From the IMG/VR virus record IMGVR_UViG_3300012953_000014, positions 32,001-96,000 of that record: 64,000 nucleotides of DNA, one strand, 5' to 3'. Origin of the DNA: a virus. The notes beneath the pieces were generated by a model. The model was not told the origin of the DNA, made no database searches, and was given only the letters and a program-made list of their open reading frames with translations. The stretch's first letter is position 1. Every line of letters begins with the position of its first letter. Positions 58,426 through 64,000 of this stretch are shown here, piece by piece. A program made the position numbers and the translations under genes.

Positions 58426-59544
58426 TTAATAATCAAGTCTTACGCGGATTGTCATCTCATTAGATGGATCCTTCTTAAGTGGCTCAGAAAGTTTTGCCAC
58501 CGCCAAAAGTTCATTATCTGGAGAATACAGACCAACTGTTGTAATGTACGATACAGGTGCATCAAGTTGATTGTTTTTAACACGAATCTTACTGCTGCTC
58601 AAGTAAGTTGGGTTTGCGCTGTAGTTAAACTCATTGTTGTTAGCGCGACAGAAATAAACTGAGGAGTTTAGTTCTGTTGTGTTATTGAAACTAACATTAT
58701 AAATTCTGTGCCTGATTGCATCACAACTAGCGGATATCGAAGAACCTGTCAGTTGAGCATTCATGTCTGGGCCAGTGGTTGAACCGGTGTTTGCGCCAAG
58801 ACCCAACATAACCATACTGCCGGATGCTCCAGCACCAGATTTACCATAAGCTTGGAAAATGCCTCCACTCAAAACTGCGACTCCAGCTTGATAGAACAGT
58901 AGACCAACTTTTGTATCCAGCGGCATGGTAGAACCAGAGCCATATAAGATAGAATATTCACCAGTAGGTGAGTTTACCAAATAGCTGGCTGTTGCTTTTG
59001 TGTCAGTAATCGTGATAAGATCTTGAAACTCAGAACCAACACTAGCCGAAGCATAAGATGCGCTCGCACCAAGCTTTAAACTAAACGAACCTTTTTTGAT
59101 TTCATCTTTTGACAGCAGTCTTGAAAAGTTTAAGAAAACACATTCTTTTAGTTTTGTGCCTCCGCTTGTTACATCACCGTCTTCGTCAAACTGTAAAATG
59201 TTTCCTGATGCATCGTGGCCTTGTAAGACCGCTGCCATTTGATTATAAATATTAATCTTTTTGGCGTTTTGGACATTTGTCGAGGAAGATAGCGCGGATC
59301 CCGTAGAATATCCCAAAGTAACATCAAAAATGTGATTTGCTGAAGAACTTAAATATGGGTAATCATAAACACTCTGGAACATACCATGTGAGTAGTTTTT
59401 GATATTCGGCTCGCTTCCGAGCGCAATCGTTGAACCGCCATATGTTCCAGAAACAATAGCTCCTGTAACCGGGATTGATTCGTGAAGGAGTGTTCTTGTA
59501 CTCGTTCGGTCGTTGTTTGTTAATGTTTTAAAAATTGTTGCCAT
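58426..59544 (-). CDS. Putative baseplate/tail structural protein
   Basis: C-terminal YITTVGLY..NELLAVAKLSEPLKK..RVRLDY. Confidence 0.6.
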   Translation of the reverse strand: MATIFKTLTNNDRTSTRTLLHESIPVTGAIVSGTYGGSTIALGSEPNIKNYSHGMFQSVYDYPYLSSSANHIFDVTLGYSTGSALSSSTNVQNAKKINIYNQMAAVLQGHDASGNILQFDEDGDVTSGGTKLKECVFLNFSRLLSKDEIKKGSFSLKLGASASYASASVGSEFQDLITITDTKATASYLVNSPTGEYSILYGSGSTMPLDTKVGLLFYQAGVAVLSGGIFQAYGKSGAGASGSMVMLGLGANTGSTTGPDMNAQLTGSSISASCDAIRHRIYNVSFNNTTELNSSVYFCRANNNEFNYSANPTYLSSSKIRVKNNQLDAPVSYITTVGLYSPDNELLAVAKLSEPLKKDPSNEMTIRVRLDY

Positions 59545-59560
59545 CTTTTATTCCTTTATA

Positions 59561-60502
59561 TTAGGTTGGTACTTTTACAAATCGAACTGGAATATCGATT
59601 CTGTACCCTGTTGTTGCTCCCGTTACTCTTACAATAGAATCAATGTATTTCACGATTTGTCCAGTTGGGTTCCCAGAGACTCCGACCGCTAAAGTGTTTC
59701 CAAGTTGGTCAAATAAATAATCACTTGTGTTTAGGTCAATCGACGCGCCGACAGAGAACGATAATGTTGTCCCTCTTGGTCCTGCGATTACTTGGCCGGG
59801 GCTAAATTTTTGTGATGAGCGTTGGGTATTTGAGCTTACGAAACCTGTGTCGCTAAGAGAAAGGAAATATGAAGCAACACTGTCATCATCAATAAATGAA
59901 ACTTGGGCTGTGCTTACCTGCGAACTAGCTCCAAGTGAAGGGCTTACAACACTTCCAAAACGGTTATCCATTTCGATAATATATTGTGTTTCATTTAAAT
60001 CTGCTGGGATTGTGAAGTTCGAAGATACTTCTTCTGTGTCTAAACCTTGATCGATTCTAATGAAACCTCCATCTAAAGACTCGCCACGAATGACTCCGTC
60101 TTCGTTTCCGTAACCGCCTTCTGCTTCGCTTTCTTCGGTTTTTGAATCAACTGCGACGACAAAGCCACCAGTTGAATATTCCTTGTGTGCGCCACCTTGC
60201 GCATTGATTTTTAACACTGGCAAATATAAGATATTTGTTCTTGGAATAGAAATAAGCTTACTATTCATTGTTGCCGTGTTATTTGTAAATGATTCTAAAA
60301 CAGGAGTTTGCATGATTTGCAAATCATAATATGCACTCCCACTAGCGTGATCTTTGTTGTAGAGTTCATAATTGATTTCATCGTCTCCAAGTGCAAATTT
60401 AACGATTCGGAATGAACCATCACCTTTTGCTAAACGAAATCTTCCAGTGTCAGTTAAAACTGCATCAAGAATAATATCTCCACTATTATCTAAAAAACCC
60501 AT
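59561..60502 (-). CDS. Putative baseplate/tail structural protein
   Basis: N-terminal DAVLTDTGR..LAKG..IVKFALGD, like tail-collar/wedge N-termini. Confidence 0.55.
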   Translation of the reverse strand: MGFLDNSGDIILDAVLTDTGRFRLAKGDGSFRIVKFALGDDEINYELYNKDHASGSAYYDLQIMQTPVLESFTNNTATMNSKLISIPRTNILYLPVLKINAQGGAHKEYSTGGFVVAVDSKTEESEAEGGYGNEDGVIRGESLDGGFIRIDQGLDTEEVSSNFTIPADLNETQYIIEMDNRFGSVVSPSLGASSQVSTAQVSFIDDDSVASYFLSLSDTGFVSSNTQRSSQKFSPGQVIAGPRGTTLSFSVGASIDLNTSDYLFDQLGNTLAVGVSGNPTGQIVKYIDSIVRVTGATTGYRIDIPVRFVKVPT

Positions 60503-60574
60503 ATTTTTCTCCTATTATTACCTAAATAGTTTCAAAATTACTTATTAGTCCCATATTTTTGCCCATTTATATTG

Positions 60575-63529
60575 TTAACAATCTTTGTTGCTTGGGTTTT
60601 TAATATGTTCTGTTGCAAAGTAAACATTGAAATCCATTTTTCTCCCCGTCTTTTTCGACGTTAATCTTATTTTAAACTTTTTAGGTTTCTCATCACTTGA
60701 CCATACACTCTGATCTTGATCAGTAAAACCGAAAACTGGTTTGTTCGAGTCCGCGTTTACCGTAGCTAGAGAAGGAATTTTTTGATTTGTTTCTTGATTC
60801 ATAAGTCCACTCTCCACTTCGTTCAAAGCTCCCTGATTAAATGATGGTTTAATCTGGATATATCTCTTAGCTGCTTTTGTTGGGACCCTTAAGTCTGGAG
60901 GAACGGGAGCTGGGAATGTTTCGATATCCAGCCAAACTGTTCCATTGTCATCATTCATTCTTATTTCATAAACTGCGGTTGGGTTTGATGTGTTTCCATG
61001 TACGTCGACAGATCTGAAGGTATACCAATATTTTTGATTTGGTTTTACATCATCTTTAATGTGCGCAGAAGATGCTTTTAAGCACGGATTATCAAAATAT
61101 ATTGAACTATCTGCCAGTGCATGAAACTTAAAATCTGTCCATTTAGTTGGTTTTTGGTCGGTTCGCCAAACCTCGAACATGGTTACAGGATCATCACTAC
61201 TAAACTCGATTGGTGGTGCGGGTGTCTGAGTCCTTGGTAGTTTTTGATTGACCAAATATTTCCTAAGCAACTCTTCGTCTTGATCCGACATGGTAATAAA
61301 TGGTGCTTTGAATTTTCCAACACTACCATTTAACAAAATAAGCATTTCATTGCTGTTGGCACGATAAGGAACTAAGTTGACATCTGGCGGGACAGGTGGT
61401 TTGTCAAGGACAATAGCATCAAACTCAAAGTGTGGGACCTCCATCAAAACAAGAGAAGGTTCTGATAAGACACATATCTCTGCCTTATTATAATCTAATG
61501 CATCTTGTGGTGATTCAGAATAAATCATTGAAGATGGCCCCTCATTTACTTCAGTAAACTGGTTTGAGTTAAAGGTTTGATTGACAAATGTTGCCCAATC
61601 TTTTGCTTTATGTGATTCAGATTCGCCTGCGTTTGCCGTTGGGGATGGTGGCGTCTGTGGGAAAACGGGTTGCTCAAGACCAGGAATACCACTATCAAAA
61701 GCTGTGCGATTTGCAACGGCAGAAGGAGAGCCGGTTGATGTGTTTTGTTCTTCAGAAAAAATTTGTTTTTCCCCATCAGAACATAGCGGCATATTATTTA
61801 TTTTATATCTATATTTTGTCCCTACGACAAACTGATAGGCAAACACATCATACTTGTATTCGACACCATATAAAACTTGGGTGTCTACGTATTTTACGAC
61901 ATCAATCTCACTTGAGTTTGGAATCCAAATATTTTGTACTATTTCGCCTGTATTTCGATTTCTTTTTTGAATCCTATAGAACAATGTTTCGGAATAGGCT
62001 TTTTTACCCTCATACACATCCTTATAGGTTCTAGCTAAACCTGGTTTTGATTTACTCGCATGGCCTTGACCAATGACCAAATTTTTAATCAAGACCTTTA
62101 ATGTATCAATATTGATTGCGCTTGTAGTTGTGCAGTTTTCAATTGCAGTGGCCAGCTCATCAAATGTCTCAAGGGTTGGGCTATATAAATAAATCCAATC
62201 CTCTCCACCGCCTGGTGAAACAGGGGTTGGATCTTGCAACAAGTCTGCTGCCTGTTTTGTCATAAGAAACTGTCCGATGTCCCAATATCTGTAATAACCA
62301 TCAGTTAAGCCTGCGAATGTTGGATCTACATTAGATACTCGATCCATTTTGATCCACCTATTCCATGGGCGCTCTTCATAAACTGGATTAAATAATGGTT
62401 GGCCTGGTGTAAACGCTCCGGCACCCTCGTATCTTGAGACGAACATCTCTTTATTTTCTAACACTTCTTTTATCAATGTTGTTGTCATGTTAGTTCTTAA
62501 TAAAGCATCTGCAAACTTTGTATTACAATCTGTGTTGAACTCAACATTGATGTTCATTGGAAACATCTTTTGCTTATCATTAACATCACTCAAGTATGGA
62601 ACACTTGCACCAGGGATAATAATGTTTTTAAAAGAATTTAAAAACGGAAACTCCACAAAATAATCTAATATTGCTGGTGCGTTTGCGGCAGCTGGGCTTA
62701 ATCCAGAAAACCTAAAATCAATAATATCTCTTGTAGAATTAAAACCAAAGAATCCACCACGGGCGAGGGCCGCTTGATCTGGCGTGCTTTCGACCTCTTG
62801 AACTGGTCTTGGAAGAATTGAGCCTATAGCTTTTGACCACTCTTCGTGATAAGATAGCCTATCCAGTTCTCCGACTTTTTCACCCTTTTCATTTGTTATA
62901 TCGATTAGTGTATCCTTTATTCTGCCACCAAGAGTAATATGATTAAAATAAATGCCGGAACCTGGAAAAGCGTATGGAAGACCACTGATTATGGTTCCTG
63001 GATCTCTTACTGACCTATTCATTTCTGTCAAAAACACATATAAGTTTGGAAGCAGAGCTTCGGGCAATTGGGCCAAAACTTTTTCATAGTCTCTAATAAA
63101 GAAGTTATAAACCGACTCGTACTCAAAATATAACCCACTAAGTTGTTTGGCTGCGGCAGTGTCGTCCCAGCTCAAAGGTTGTTCCATACCGAAAGCATAA
63201 TCAGTATAAACAATTTTCTCCATTGGAGATAATCTTCCTGGTTGTGGAGGGGGAGGCTCTGGTGCTAAATATACATCTGGTATTGGCTCAACTATTGTAC
63301 GTGTAGCAGGGGGTGTTATTGGGCCAATGTTAGGATTAACAGCAACACTTCCACCCTGATAATGACCTGAATAAACAGTCCTGTCATATGTTGTTGTGGT
63401 TGTTAGAGCCCTTATTGATCTGTCATCTATTTGTGAACTATCAGAAGAAGATTTCAACTCTGAGGTTGATAACTTGTTTTTAGAGGTGTCATTTAAGATT
63501 GTTTTAGTCCATATTCTTTTTTTAGCCAT
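60575..63529 (-). CDS. Large putative virion protein
   Basis: 984 aa with two FnIII-like segments (YVDTQV.YGVEYKY; IKDDVKPNQKYWYTFRSVD.HGN.S). Confidence 0.55.
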   Translation of the reverse strand: MAKKRIWTKTILNDTSKNKLSTSELKSSSDSSQIDDRSIRALTTTTTYDRTVYSGHYQGGSVAVNPNIGPITPPATRTIVEPIPDVYLAPEPPPPQPGRLSPMEKIVYTDYAFGMEQPLSWDDTAAAKQLSGLYFEYESVYNFFIRDYEKVLAQLPEALLPNLYVFLTEMNRSVRDPGTIISGLPYAFPGSGIYFNHITLGGRIKDTLIDITNEKGEKVGELDRLSYHEEWSKAIGSILPRPVQEVESTPDQAALARGGFFGFNSTRDIIDFRFSGLSPAAANAPAILDYFVEFPFLNSFKNIIIPGASVPYLSDVNDKQKMFPMNINVEFNTDCNTKFADALLRTNMTTTLIKEVLENKEMFVSRYEGAGAFTPGQPLFNPVYEERPWNRWIKMDRVSNVDPTFAGLTDGYYRYWDIGQFLMTKQAADLLQDPTPVSPGGGEDWIYLYSPTLETFDELATAIENCTTTSAINIDTLKVLIKNLVIGQGHASKSKPGLARTYKDVYEGKKAYSETLFYRIQKRNRNTGEIVQNIWIPNSSEIDVVKYVDTQVLYGVEYKYDVFAYQFVVGTKYRYKINNMPLCSDGEKQIFSEEQNTSTGSPSAVANRTAFDSGIPGLEQPVFPQTPPSPTANAGESESHKAKDWATFVNQTFNSNQFTEVNEGPSSMIYSESPQDALDYNKAEICVLSEPSLVLMEVPHFEFDAIVLDKPPVPPDVNLVPYRANSNEMLILLNGSVGKFKAPFITMSDQDEELLRKYLVNQKLPRTQTPAPPIEFSSDDPVTMFEVWRTDQKPTKWTDFKFHALADSSIYFDNPCLKASSAHIKDDVKPNQKYWYTFRSVDVHGNTSNPTAVYEIRMNDDNGTVWLDIETFPAPVPPDLRVPTKAAKRYIQIKPSFNQGALNEVESGLMNQETNQKIPSLATVNADSNKPVFGFTDQDQSVWSSDEKPKKFKIRLTSKKTGRKMDFNVYFATEHIKNPSNKDC

Positions 63530-63548
63530 TTTTTATTTCCTTGTACCT

Positions 63549-64000
63549 CTAGTATCCGCCCATGCCGCCCATGCCGCCGAAACCTCCACCAGCTCCTCCG
63601 AGCCCACCGGTACCGCCAAAACCACCGCCTCTAGTTCTTCTGGTTGTAGTTGTTTGATTAGAGGGCTGTTGGGTTCTGTTTGAGGTTGGGGCAGCTAATG
63701 GACCAGTCATGGGTCTGGAAAAGTCTCCTGGTAGTCTCGCATTTAATGCTGCTTGTCCTGGATTTTCTGCTGCTACAGAAGTTGCCACGGCGTCCATGTT
63801 TGGTGCAGGTGCGGTTGGGGGTGGTTCAGTTAAAACAATCGGATCTGTTGGAATAATAACTCCTTGCTCTGGACAGGGCATTGCGTCTTCCATGCTTCCA
63901 AAAACTGAAGGGTTTGCGGTAAGCTCAATAAGTTCTTTGTGGTGAACATTAAATGGGTTGTTTGTTGCAACATCGATTGCGCCGCCAATATCGCCCTGTT
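63549..64000 (-). CDS. 3' end of a protein with a Pro/Thr- and Gly-rich tail (partial)
   Basis: Frame stays open from the window edge to TAG at 63549. Confidence 0.7.
   Translation of the reverse strand, partial: QGDIGGAIDVATNNPFNVHHKELIELTANPSVFGSMEDAMPCPEQGVIIPTDPIVLTEPPPTAPAPNMDAVATSVAAENPGQAALNARLPGDFSRPMTGPLAAPTSNRTQQPSNQTTTTRRTRGGGFGGTGGLGGAGGGFGGMGGMGGY

Noticed and set aside
63549-63630. GGMGGMGGY tail resembling GroEL
   Set aside because: Upstream sequence is Pro/Thr-rich and not chaperonin-like; low-complexity coincidence
1-64000. Stop-codon reassignment, introns or inteins, tRNAs
   Set aside because: Core genes are intact under code 11 and use all three stops; no intervening elements or cloverleafs recognised by eye

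Overview
A 64-kb, AT-rich, gene-dense piece of a large myovirus with T4-like (Straboviridae-related, highly divergent) core genes, read in standard code 11. Almost all genes are on the minus strand. Modules in window order: a plus-strand tail-fibre pair; nucleotide and sugar metabolism (NTP-transferase-like, mannose-6-P isomerase cupin, ThyX, class II RNR, phosphomannomutase, MazG-like); replication and recombination (helicase, 5'-3' exonuclease, RecA/UvsX, SSB, a tubulin/FtsZ-like protein, a minimal PolA); tail and baseplate (tape measure, chaperone, tube, sheath); neck and head (gp15/14/13-like, capsid, scaffold, protease, portal, terminase) with a ribosomal protein bS21 inside; putative lysis membrane genes; a fused Mre11-Rad50; primase; RuvC; and more baseplate genes. 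Signals beyond routine annotation: (1) outer virion proteins are rich in [ST]-G-S tripeptides while the phage also encodes mannose-activation enzymes, suggesting virion glycosylation; (2) unrelated proteins share an N-terminal MKL(T/S)KxxLxxIIxEE leader, a likely capsid-targeting tag; (3) a recurrent ACTATTTA element precedes structural genes, while sigma70 promoters precede replication genes; (4) a +1/-2 frameshift site lies in the tail chaperone; (5) two Cys-rich micro-ORFs are missing from the ORF track. All calls are by-eye motif recognition; no searches were run.
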